Source: Lama glama
Lineage: Eukaryota
Direction: 5' to 3'
Length of the DNA: 64,000 bases
Assembly: GCA_028534125.1 (NCBI GenBank)
Contig: CM052817.1
Location: 41,356,001 to 41,420,000 of the forward strand
Shown piece by piece: positions 25,834 through 36,211 of this stretch (position 1 is its first letter; every line of letters starts with the position of its first letter). The translations under genes and the position numbers were made by a program. Below the pieces are notes generated by a model. It saw only the letters and a list, made by a program, of their open reading frames with translations. It did not search any database and was not told the DNA's origin.

Positions 25834-26119
25834 GCTCAACTCAGCAAAGTACTAAGGGCAGAGGAGGACACTTTTGGTTAGAAGTTAGAAAGTGACAATG
25901 TGCACACATCTCCTTCTTTCTTTCCACAAAGGCCTTAGGAGCTGGGGAGATAAGGGTGTGAAGGCAGCAGGACCCCTAAGCGAGAAGACTCCCCGAGAGT
26001 GAGGGGAGAGTCACGCCAAAGTGGTAAGTCTTTCCTGGGCCCCAGTAATAGCACTTCTGTTCCTGCATGGCTCTATGCAAGTTCAGAAATAAAAGTGAAC
26101 GGAGAGAGACCAAAAAGCC

Positions 26120-26405
26120 ACCTTTAGATGACCACTCTTCTCGCTGGGGAGTCCATACGGAGAGACCACATAGAGATGGAAAGAGAGGCTGGCGGTGCCT
26201 GGCTCTAGGTACGTGAGGGAGACTTATTCCAGCCTCAGATAGTATCTGACTGCAGCCGCGTGAGAATCCCCGAGACAGAGCTACCCAGCCAAGCCCTTTC
26301 CACATTCCTGACCCACAGAAACCTTGACTGATGTTAAATGATTGTTGTCATTTTAACCCACCAAGCTGTGCAAGTTTTTTGTTACACAGATTGGATAAGT
26401 GGAAT
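26120..26405 (+). mobile_element. MaLR LTR fragment (MLT1G/H-like)
   Basis: gactgcagccgcgtgagaatcccc..cccagccaagccc..attcctgacccacagaaacc..ttgttacacag. Confidence 0.8.
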
Positions 26406-26480
26406 CCTACTTTCTCATTTTGAAAAACAATGTTAACGTCATTAATGTGCTAACACCCATTTCAACTAGCAATTGCAAGC

Positions 26481-26501
26481 TGTGTGTGTGTGTGTGTGTG
26501 T
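26481..26501. repeat. (TG)n microsatellite
   Basis: Direct TG run. Confidence 0.9.
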
Positions 26502-26584
26502 TTAGATATTCCCGGGTTTAGTGCATCTCTGTCAGTTACCACTACTGTATGTTGAATAAGCCAGCTAACAAGTAGCACTCACAA

Positions 26585-26669
26585 AGGGCCTGACATTCTG
26601 ATTTCTCTCAAGCTCTCAGGGGGTGCTGCTGCTGGTAGACCAGGTGTACCACACTTTGAACAGCAAGGC
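26585..26669 (-). mobile_element. MER5-like hAT-Charlie fragment
   Basis: tgctgctgctggt..accacactttgaacagcaagg, the reverse-complement homologue of 63427-63510. Confidence 0.65.
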
Positions 26670-27554
26670 ATTAAACTATGTTGTTTCTCACACCCGCTGC
26701 TGGCCTAGTTTCCACTGGTAGGTTATAGTCATAGTACTCTTGGGATAGTGAATTCTTGCCGCCTCATCGGACCATACTATAGGAATTAGAATTGGATCAG
26801 AACCTCCCAGTAACCAAGTGCTGACGCTGCACCAGGGGGCTTTTCAGGCCTTGCTCCCTCCAGGTCTACCCATTCTGTTGCTGTCAATCTTTATGCCAAG
26901 CCAAGCTATAAAGAATGACTTTCCAATGTGACATGGCTTGGCATTGCAGCCAAGATGTTCTCTTGTCCTCTTAGGTGAAATATATTTAAAATAAATACAA
27001 GAATTCATGTTTATTAGAGATTTTAGGCCTTCCGGTAATTCTCAGAAATCTCCATCAGATAAAAGCTTTCGGGAAAGTGTAATTATCTTTGCGATAATCC
27101 TTATTAATGGGGAGAAGAACTGTGTTACCCACATCCAAGTAGTCAATAACCACAACATTAGGTTTATATCCTTTCTTTTTTTTCTTGTTTTGATTGAAAT
27201 TTTTGTTTTTTTTTTGTTTTCTTAAAGCTAACATCTAAGTAACAGTGCCTTCCTATTTTAGGTGTCAGCTAGATAGTGGAGGGAAGTTAGGCAGGATTTT
27301 AAAATATAGTAGCAATTTAAGGCTTAAAGAATGACTCTGCTATGTGACTGTATTTGGCAATGGATTATAATATGGAAAAAAATAATAAAAAACAGGCCAG
27401 GCAAATTCCTAGGACGCCAGGCCAGGCAGAACTCTACCCATTTACTTAAATGCACAAAAAAAGCCATGATTGTAATTCATGTCTCTGTTAGTCCACCAAG
27501 GGTGATGTTGCAAACCTCACAATTTTAAGAGCTCTGATGTGCAAGTGGCACAAC

Positions 27555-27830
27555 ATTTCTCCAAGTGTTCTATGGTATGATGAGAGCTGTTATGCAATAA
27601 AGGGTGAAAGAAACAGGAAAGAAAGGTAACTAACTAAATTTGGGAAAAATCAGACTAAAATTAGACTTAAGAAAGTTAAGCAGAGTTCTTTCCTGAAGCA
27701 TGTCCTATAGCCTTTAAGATGTCAGGGTACAATAAAAGTGGGAGTTAGCTAATGTCTGCTTTTCCCAACCATTTAAAAATAGCAAAACCTCCTTTTTTTG
27801 GCTTAAGTTGGAAAAACATACGGTTTGGGT
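27555..27830. mobile_element. Ancient hAT-Charlie MITE (MER103-like)
   Basis: aaatttgggaaa..aaagttaagcagagttctttcctgaag..tagcctttaagatg..tttcccaacc. Confidence 0.45.
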
Positions 27831-28020
27831 CAGTTCTTCAAGATACACAACTTCCATTGACTAGCTGTTGAAAGTCTTACAGGTGTTTTCAGCTCAGATG
27901 TCTCTAAGAACTGGATGAAATTCTGAGGTGGGCGATGGTAAAGTCTGTGACAAATTGTGGGTATTTTCCTAACTCAAAAGCATTTAAACTCTAATTACTA
28001 AAAGCGTTCTTCTGGCCAAG

Positions 28021-28373
28021 TGTATTAGTTGGCTGTTTCTATGTAACAAACTGTCTTAAGAGAATGAGCATCTTAAAAACAACACATATTAGTTCATAGT
28101 TTCTATAGGTCAGGAACTGGGAACGGCTTAGCAGGGTGGTTCTGGCTCAGGGTCTTCCATAAAACTGCAGTCTCAAGGCTGTTGTCATTTGAAGGCTTGA
28201 CTGGGGCTCCAGGATCCCTTCCAAGCCTATTCATCTGGCTGTTGGCTGGAGGCCTCACTTCCTTGCCACAAGGGCCTTTTCATAGGATGGCTCACAACAT
28301 GGCATCTGGCTTCCTCCATAACCAGTGACCCAGGAGAGACAAAGAAAAGCAGAAAGCTGCAGTGCCTTTTATG
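28021..28373 (-). mobile_element. MaLR LTR (MLT1F-like), truncated
   Basis: tgtattagtt..tgtaacaaac..ggttctggctcagggtct..tgaaggcttgactggggct..ctcacaacatggcatctggcttcc. Confidence 0.85.
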
Positions 28374-28502
28374 TTGTCTCCAATTTTCTGCAATTATAAA
28401 ATAGACGGGGATGAACATCTTTACAATTAAGTATTTTAGGCATTCACGTTGTCTCCGTAACATATTTTTAGAGGTAGAATTGTGTTCACACTGCCATCAT
28501 GA

Positions 28503-28757
28503 CTCAAATGTCATCTCTAAGAAGCCTTCCCCAGCCAGTCTAAAATAGCTCTCTCTCCTAGCACTGTTAGCTAATCATTCTGTGATACTTTCTACAGGAT
28601 TATCACTGTCTGAAATTATTTTAGTAATTTATGAATTCCCCTCTTCTTATAGAATGTAAGCTCCATGAGGACAAAGATTTTGCTTGATTTGATCATTACT
28701 ATATTTCTGGCATCTGAAATAGTGCTTGGCATGTGTTATGTGTTCAATAAAGTTATT
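28503..28757 (+). mobile_element. LINE-2 3' end
   Basis: ctcaaatgtcatctc..aagccttccc...tagaatgtaagctccatgagg..atagtgcttggca..tcaataaa. Confidence 0.85.
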
Positions 28758-28789
28758 TTTTTTGAGACCCCCAGTTTTTATTCTGTATT

Positions 28790-29002
28790 TTATCTTTTTC
28801 TTTTGTATTAAGTGTAGCTGATTTATAATGCTGTGTTAGTTTCCAGTGTATAGCATAGTTATTCAGTTATACATATATATTCCTTTTCCTTTATTTTTCC
28901 ATTATAGGCTCTTACAAGATATTGAATACCCCTGTACTATACAGTAGGACCTTGTTGCTTATTTATTTTATATATAGTAGTTAGTATCTGAAAATCCCAA
29001 AT
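28790..29002 (-). mobile_element. LINE-1 3' UTR fragment
   Basis: aagtgtagctgatttataatgctgtgttagtttccagtgtatagc...tacaagatattgaata..ctatacagtaggaccttgttg. Confidence 0.9.
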
Positions 29003-29039
29003 GTCCATTTTGTTCAGTGAGTTTTTAGTGCATAAATTA

Positions 29040-29345
29040 ATGCATATGAATCTGTTTTCCTGCCATCTGCCTATCACTATCATTAACAACAAAAAAATCT
29101 TCAAATAGGTGAAAATTGGTATTTTGTTAATGGTATCTTTTATGTCTTTGATCACTATTTAGGTTGCTCTTCTTTCTTACATGTTTATTGATGACTGTAG
29201 TGCCACTTTTAAAAATTGTTCTTTCAAGTTCTTTTCCCAGTTCAGAACACTGGGGCATTGTTTCTTTTCCTGTTGATCTGTAACAGTTCTTTATATTCTG
29301 ACTCTTTGTCTGCCATCTTTGTGGCTGGGGCAAATTGTCCCAAGT
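29040..29345 (-). mobile_element. Ancient LINE-1 (L1ME-like) fragment
   Basis: ataggtgaaaattggtat..tctttgatcact..catgtttattg..ctttatattctg..gcaaattgtccc. Confidence 0.6.
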
Positions 29346-30089
29346 TAATTTCTCCGTGCAGGCCAGATCACTTGCAGGCATTGACTTTTCAGTTCCAAGA
29401 TGACAGTGGCAGAGACTGATAGTTTGAATAAGAACGGCTGAAAGGACTCATTCTGTTCTTAGAAGTGTGGTTGCAGCTGCTATTTGCAGAATCTAAGCCT
29501 TTTGCTTGCTCTGAGTTTCGTGAGTTAGCCCAAGGTCTTTAAAATTACTTTCCCATCAGGCCAATGTGACAAAGCTGGGCCTCATCTTTTGAAGCTGTGC
29601 TTCAGGGAATCCTTAAAATAGTCCTCCTGCCCCATCCTGCTCGTGGCTGCCCTACTTTAGCTCACAACTATGAAAGTTCCTTGAGTGTCTGGTGGTCATC
29701 TGTCTCCCAGATGGGGTTGGTTCCACAAAGCTATGCCGAGACGAATGTCAGTCTACTGTTGGAGTCCCTGGCAGGCCACTTCCTGCTCAATAGGTTCATG
29801 GGGAGTTCCACTGGAAGTGCTCAAGCAAGGAGTGACTTCCAGGGTAGGTACAACTCTCAACATGTTCAGGGTTGGGCTTTAAGCTTTGGAGTCACATTTT
29901 GCCTGCCAGCCTCTCAAAGGGGTTAGCCTTCTTTGTTCAGGTTTCTTCTTCGTCAGTCTGTGCAATATTGGACTGACCACTTGCTGACACATTTGGGGGA
30001 TTGTTTCCACCTCTGCATAACTGAAGAAACTCTTCAAAATATGACTATATCCTCTGAGGCAGTTTAGCCTATCTTGATCCTCTCTATCA

Positions 30090-30152
30090 CTTTCTGTCTG
30101 TCTGTTTCTCTCTCTCTCCCCTCTCTCTCTTTTTCTCCCTCTCCCTATCTTT
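30090..30152. repeat. CT-rich simple repeat
   Basis: (TCTG)n/(CT)n polypyrimidine run. Confidence 0.85.
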
Positions 30153-31265
30153 CTACGAAGAGGAGAATGGTTTAGGACAAGTGATAAAATATGAGTAAAT
30201 ATGGCCCTGTAACTCTGACCTATCTCTTTGGTGATGAGGGATTCAATTATATTATATATGCTTAGAATGGGTTTTAAATGAAACCATTGTAACAGCCTCT
30301 TCTTTTATTTAATGTAGCAGGGAAATAGTGAGACTTTAAACTTCAGTCCATGCTAAGCTTCCAGTTGTCATAAAATGGGGTGATTGGAGGTGGGCAGGGA
30401 TGCACCAGGGAGTGAAAGAAGGTCTTCGTGTTGCCATTTAATTGGGTTGACCTCATGCTACTCACTGAACTTTATGAGGGCATAATTGGAATGGGTAAAC
30501 GTAGCACATCAAAATCAAAGTGAGTCTTCCACGAAAGTGTTGGGTGAAAATTCAGAAACTCTTGGCTATGTTTTGTTTTTTTTTTATCGACTTGGCCTCG
30601 GTTCAATATGTAATTGAATCAGGCCAGTGATAGAATCTGATACTCCTGGATAATTGCAGAATTGTTCTTGAATTGTTAATGCAGATGTGAAATTGAGGTC
30701 ATACTGTTAATTCTTTTTTTGTTTTTCTTTTTGATTGAAAACAATGACTTTTTGGTGTTTTCCTCTAGGAAAGCGCAGTGCTCTTTCATAAAGTGATTAT
30801 AATCTTTTTATTTCATTTTCTATTTTTAAAAATTTCTTTTTCTGAGAGAGCACCTTAATTGGACCATGGTCATTTTCAGCCCCACTTGGGCTACAGCTAA
30901 ATGGGTGTAGAGTATAACTTCAGAGGTCCCGGCAGAAATCTTGTTTGGGCAAGTACTGGCTATGAAGGATCCCTGGGCTTCTGTGGCTCTCTGCCAGTAC
31001 CCCCTCCCACCAGCTTGGGGGACACAACTCCTTTTATAGAAAATGAGCTCTATTAAGTTTTCAACTCTGATCTTTTCTCCTTTGAAGAGGGTAAAGAGCC
31101 GTGCCTCGAAGTGTGGCTGATGAACTAGGACCCCCGAGTGTTGAGGTGCTTTATATGCTACCGTAGCAAATCAACCCAAAGGGAGGTGCTACAGTCAGGG
31201 GCCATTATGGCAAGAATCTAAAACCACTGGGACTTTAGTTTTGTCTTCTTAACAATGGGATTGTT

Positions 31266-31426
31266 GAGGGGGATGAGTATAGCTTAGTGTATGCTTAGCA
31301 TGCATGAGGTCTTGGGTTCAATTCCCAGGACCTCCATTAAAGAAAAATACACACACACACACACACACATAAATAAAAATCTAATTACCTCCCCCCAAAA
31401 CAAACAAACACAAAGGATTAAAAAGA
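31266..31426 (+). mobile_element. Camelid tRNA-derived SINE (Vic-1-like) with internal (CA)n and 12-bp TSD
   Basis: ggggatgagtatagcttagtg..tgcttagcatgcatgaggtcttgggttcaattcccaggacctcca (A/B boxes), ctaattacctcccccc and an A-rich tail. TSD aatgggattgtt at 31254-31265 and 31427-31438. Confidence 0.92.
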
Positions 31427-31679
31427 AATGGGATTGTTACCCAGCATGCTACAATTAGCTCCTTCATTGAGGAAGACTTCCCTGAAAACCCGGTATTTTT
31501 TATTTTCTACATTCCCTTTCCATTTCCATTCTTGCTTGTACTTGAGTACTCTATGTATTCTTTCTATGCTATTTGGAATTGTTTGAGGAAGGACATTTGA
31601 TATAAAATAAAAAGTAACAATACAATGGCATTTTAGTTGGACCAGTGATGCAGATTGTGTGGCTCTTCCCACTGCACAC

Positions 31680-31893
31680 CTCAGTGGGGTGCTGAAGGGG
31701 CTTAGACTGACTTCTGAGAGCTGTTTTGCTCCCCCCTCTTCCCAGTCCCACATTAAGTGGTGTCACACTGGTCGCCTGAAATTAGCCACGGTGGCTAATC
31801 AGGTGTGATTTGACCTTTACAGACCAGTTGTGTCTTCACCCTTCCCCCACCACAGGAGACCCAATTGTCCAATTGTTAAACATTTCTCAACCC
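31680..31893 (+). mobile_element. MER63A-like hAT-Blackjack element
   Basis: cagtggggtgctg..ctcttcccagtcccacattaagtggtgtcacactggtcgcctgaaattagccacggtgg..attgttaaacattt, homologous to 9090-9150. Confidence 0.65.
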
Positions 31894-34696
31894 ATCAAGG
31901 CCTGCGATTGACAAATGAAAGCAGAAGGGCAGAAATGCATCATGAAACTCCACGTTGGAAGTCTTCATGCTGGGGGAATATTACAGCTGATTCAGTTATG
32001 CAGCGACCCACGTAAACTGAGACCATGGGGCTGAGAGCAGCTCTTTTGAACAAGCACAACAAAACAGGTAGATCTAAATGTGTTCCCTTTCAAAATTACT
32101 ACCTTGAAAAACGATACATTTGTCCTACTTAGTTGTCACTGCTTGAATTAATCTTGAAGTCTCTTCTTGAAACCAGTTCCTTCCGAAACGTTTATGAAGC
32201 ATGCACACCATGCATTACTTCATAGTCTGATACATAAGACACAAAAATGCTAAACTATCTCAATCCTTACCCCACTCTGACCTGCGGCTGCTGGCATCGG
32301 CTGCCATTCCTCCACTCAGTTCTCTTTGCCCTTAAGCCCTATGGGTTCTCAGCAAGACTTCCAAGGTTCCATTTTCCTTGCTTCAGTGGCATTGCCAAGA
32401 TGAGCCAGCTCAGTTCCTAATCAGATATGCAACCAAAAAGTGAATCCTCAGTCACCATTGCCGGAAGTCTCCCCAAACCTCACCAGGATTCTTGCGGGGT
32501 TTGCCCTCCTTTGGAATCAAGGAGGGAAAGTCCTCTCTGCCCAGTAGGGGGAGCTGAAGGGAGGAAGTAGCTTTCTCCTAACACGCTGTGCTCCCCTGAA
32601 AGATGAAGTCTTTTTTGGTTCCCATTTCTCCTCTTACGTTGTTGAGGGGTGAGAGAAAGGGAAGTAGAAATGCCTTGTCCTGACACCTCAAGCCTTGGAG
32701 AGGTGATTGGATCTGGCTGCTCACAGTTCTCTTAGGAACTTAGCACAATTTTTTCTCAGCCAGGGCCAAAATTGTTTAAAAAAAAACCAGAATCTCATCC
32801 AGCACCTAGTATCAGGAATCCTGTTGCAAAAAAAAAATAGTTTTTGTGTTGTTTTTTTTTAACAGCTTTTACACTTGGAAATTCAATGTGTGAAAAAAAT
32901 GGAGATGCAACACACTAGATTTTTAAATGCTATGATAGAAGAGTAAATGGTGAGAGGTGTGTGTGTGTGTGTGTGACCTTGTACACAGAGGAATCAGGAC
33001 TTTCCTCTTTTTATCAGCTCACAGAGGGCTCCTCAGGGCTGCTTATTATTACTGTTAATTTTTTAATCTATGATTTTTATCTTTCCTCCCTAATCCCTAA
33101 AGCTTGAGGAGCACTATCATATTTTAGAAGCTTCTCTTTTAGTAGTCCGCTTGCCACTTGGAAAGAAAATGTGGAAGGTCAAGAAGAGAAGAAAAATTTT
33201 GAGAAATTGTATGATAAGTAACATCTACTCATTTTTATCCTGCTGTGAGAATCCCATTCACTTAATGTGTGCCCCGATTCAAACTAGGTGGATGTGGTTT
33301 TAGAAAAATGGTAGGAATGTCAGAAATTTGGTCCTTACCACAATGTCTCTCTCTCTGTGAGGTCATTATCAACATCTGTGTTGATAGATAAATGCATTTC
33401 ACTTAGAACTGGCTTGAATTTGACGATGAGCTCAGAGCTCCATGTACAAAGACTGGAGTCTGGAAAGGGAGGACCTCCGGAGGATGGCAGTAGTGAAAGC
33501 AAGGGCAGGTGAGATGGACTTGAACATCACCTGGATTAAAAGGCAGGATAAGTGGCAGAAAGGGCATTGCTGGGAGGAAGATACTTAATTAAACTGAATT
33601 CCGCCAGGGCCAGCCCCTGGGAAGTGCTGACACAGACTGAAGGATGATTGGCTTGGGGATGCAAATCACTGTATAAATTATATTAAATGAATAACACATG
33701 GGAAAGGTCTTAGACGCATACCTGACGCATAATGGAAATTCATAAAGGAAACTCGTATTAGTTTTCCTTCCCTTCCTGTGCTTGATGATGCTACCAGGTG
33801 GCACATAAAGCCCGTTGTGTGAGTTTGGGTCAAAGCATCATTGTGACAGTATTGTCCCAGCAGCATTTCCAATGCAGGTAAAAGTTGAACTCAATGTGTG
33901 AAATGGCTGAGTGAGAAAAATAGCTGTTACAGATCAAGAGAGAAATAAAATTGCAGCCTTAGCTGGAGTTAAGAAAGAAATAATAGGGGTCTAGTTTCCC
34001 TTGGGGAAAGAGGGACTATCTAATATCCGTAGGGGCCAGCCCATGAGCTAATGACCATGACTCTGAGAAGCAAACTAAGCCTCGGGAAGAATGTTGGGAA
34101 GTCATAAAAAGACCAGGTGATGCAGGAGTCCATGGATGACAAACCCTAGCATTTGGAACCCACTCAGGAATTAAATCCAGTTTCTATCTAAGGAAGTGAG
34201 GATGCTTAGGACAGTTAAAGGGGCAGAGATGGGCAGCTGCCTGCTTCCCTGTGTCCTCTGGGTAGGGCTTGGAAGTGCTGAGGTTAGGTTCTTGGAATTT
34301 TCTGTTACCCAGTAGGGGTTTATAGTGTCTCAGTTGTTTACATTGCCTTTTTAGAGTTTCCTTCCAATGACGAAATTTATACCTACTTGAGAAAAAGCTC
34401 AAAATGAAATCTTCTTTACTATTTAATCAATCCCTTAACCTATATTTAGATACTTCACACACACACACACACCAAATTAAGTTATTAACTCCCCTCCACC
34501 TCAAAAGCCTTTCATAGCTACTTGAGCCTTAAGAACCAGATCATATGTCACTTTTTGAAGCCTTCTCTGACTTCTTCCCCTGGGAAGCTTTCATAATGCA
34601 CCATAACATTTTAAGACATCAGAAAACTTTGATTTGTGTATTGTGCCTGCAGCACACATTTGAAATAGCATTGATTTAATTATCTCTGTATTCATT

Positions 34697-36018
34697 TGCA
34701 GAATGATTGTTGTTTTCTGCAACTCTCAATACATCACCTCCTCTTTTTTTTCCCTTTGATAAGGGTACCTTATTTACTTTGGGGAGAACTGTCTCTTTTC
34801 CACTGTGTATGTAATCTCTTGGGGAAGCCAATCAACATGGCCTGCCTTCTACTTGCGAGTGGGTGTATGAACCACAATGGCCAAGAAGACTCTAATGGAA
34901 CTCTCTCCAGCTATTTAAGCGGAAGAGGATTCATTACAGAGAACTGGGCTTCCAGGAATTACTGGCAGTACAGACTGGTGTACAAAGAGAATGACTAACA
35001 TCAGGAAGCTGCAGAATTAGGAAGCCACTTTGCCAACTTCTGTTGCCCCCTGCAACTGTTGGCTGCAGGAATATGCCACCTCAGCTGTGACCTGGGGATT
35101 AGAAGCCACTGCCAGAATTGTTGGTTGCAGAGCCATGGCATCCACTGGGACCTTACCAACAATACAGATGGGCCATGCCGTGCCTCTCAATACTTATTAA
35201 GCTAGTGGCTGGATCTTGGGACCTTGGCTAGACCTATTGCAGAAAACCCAAACACCTTGATATCTGTACTCTGGAGTAGAAATTGCAGAAGAGGCACAAG
35301 TATGGTCTTTACCTCACTTTTGCCTTTCCAATCTCACACAAGTGCATGTGACTAGCTGAATAATAAATCTCTTCTGAAACATGGGCTGCGGAGGAGACTG
35401 GGAAATGCAGTTTTTGGCTTTCTAGCTTTTACAGTGAGTGAAGGGATCCTGGAATAAGGTACAATGAATAGTGAACATCGATCTATCTTGTGATAGAAAA
35501 CAAACTTATGGTTAACAAGGGGGGAATTGGGAGTTTGGGATTTGTAGATACACATTACTATATGTAAAATAGATAAACAGCAAGGTCCTACTGTATAGCA
35601 CAGGGAACCATATTCAGTATCTTGTAATGGCCTATAATGAAAAAGAACGTATTATTATATATATTATACATATAATGAATCACTATGCTGTACACAAGAA
35701 ATTAACACATTATAAATTGACTGTACTTCAATTAAAAATAATCCATCATGTGAGCAATAGACTCTCCTCCACACTTTGACTCTTAAGCCCAGTGACCAAA
35801 GGACAGAAGAAAAATTGTTGGAGCCGATTAGTCCCAGTGCAGTGTCCTGAATATCTGCCATGTAGATCCCCACAAACCCTGGTTCTTGTCCTTTCAGGCT
35901 TCTGCTTCTTCCAGTTTCCCCTTGTGAGCCCACCGTGACCTTATCATGATTTCCCTTGCACCTGCAGTTAGCCGGACTTAAGGTCTGTTATTTATGATCA
36001 AAGACCTTAACTGGAACA
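34697..36018 (+). mobile_element. LTR33-like ERVL LTR split by an MLT1-like LTR (~34885-35470, - strand) and an L1 3' end
   Basis: The LTR33-type 5' part lies at 34697-34885 and the 3' part ends ttagccggacttaaggtctgttatttatgatcaaagaccttaactggaaca. The internal ctgcggaggagactgggaaatgcagttttt motif is of old MLT1 type. Confidence 0.55.
35494..35740 (+). mobile_element. LINE-1 3' UTR insertion with degenerate TSD
   Basis: agaaaacaaacttatggttaacaagggg...ctgtacttcaattaaaaa flanked by atctatcttgtga (35481-35493) and atccatcatgtga (35741-35753). Confidence 0.9.
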
Positions 36019-36164
36019 TTTATGAACACTGTTTTGCAGTGTCAACAATCCTCAAATTCTTGTTGAATGTGTGCATTAGACTCTGCATTCAGAGCTGGCT
36101 CGTGGAATTCTAGTTTCTTAGCCCTCAAAAGCCAAAGAAGTCCTCAGAGGTCAGCTTATTCAAA

Positions 36165-36211
36165 TTCCTCCTTCTTCTTCCTCTTCTTCTCCTCCTCCTC
36201 CTCATCCTTCT
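36165..36211. repeat. (CTT)n/(CCT)n trinucleotide repeat
   Basis: cttcttcttcctcttcttctcctcctcctcctc. Confidence 0.85.

Noticed and set aside
31266..31337. tRNA-Ala gene
   Set aside because: The D-arm region is deleted, and the tail plus TSD show it is a SINE.
32484..32596. - strand exon candidate (cttcatctttcag| ... CTG|gtgagg)
   Set aside because: Splicing from the 37248 candidate reaches a stop, the acceptor tract is short, and the peptide is unrecognised.
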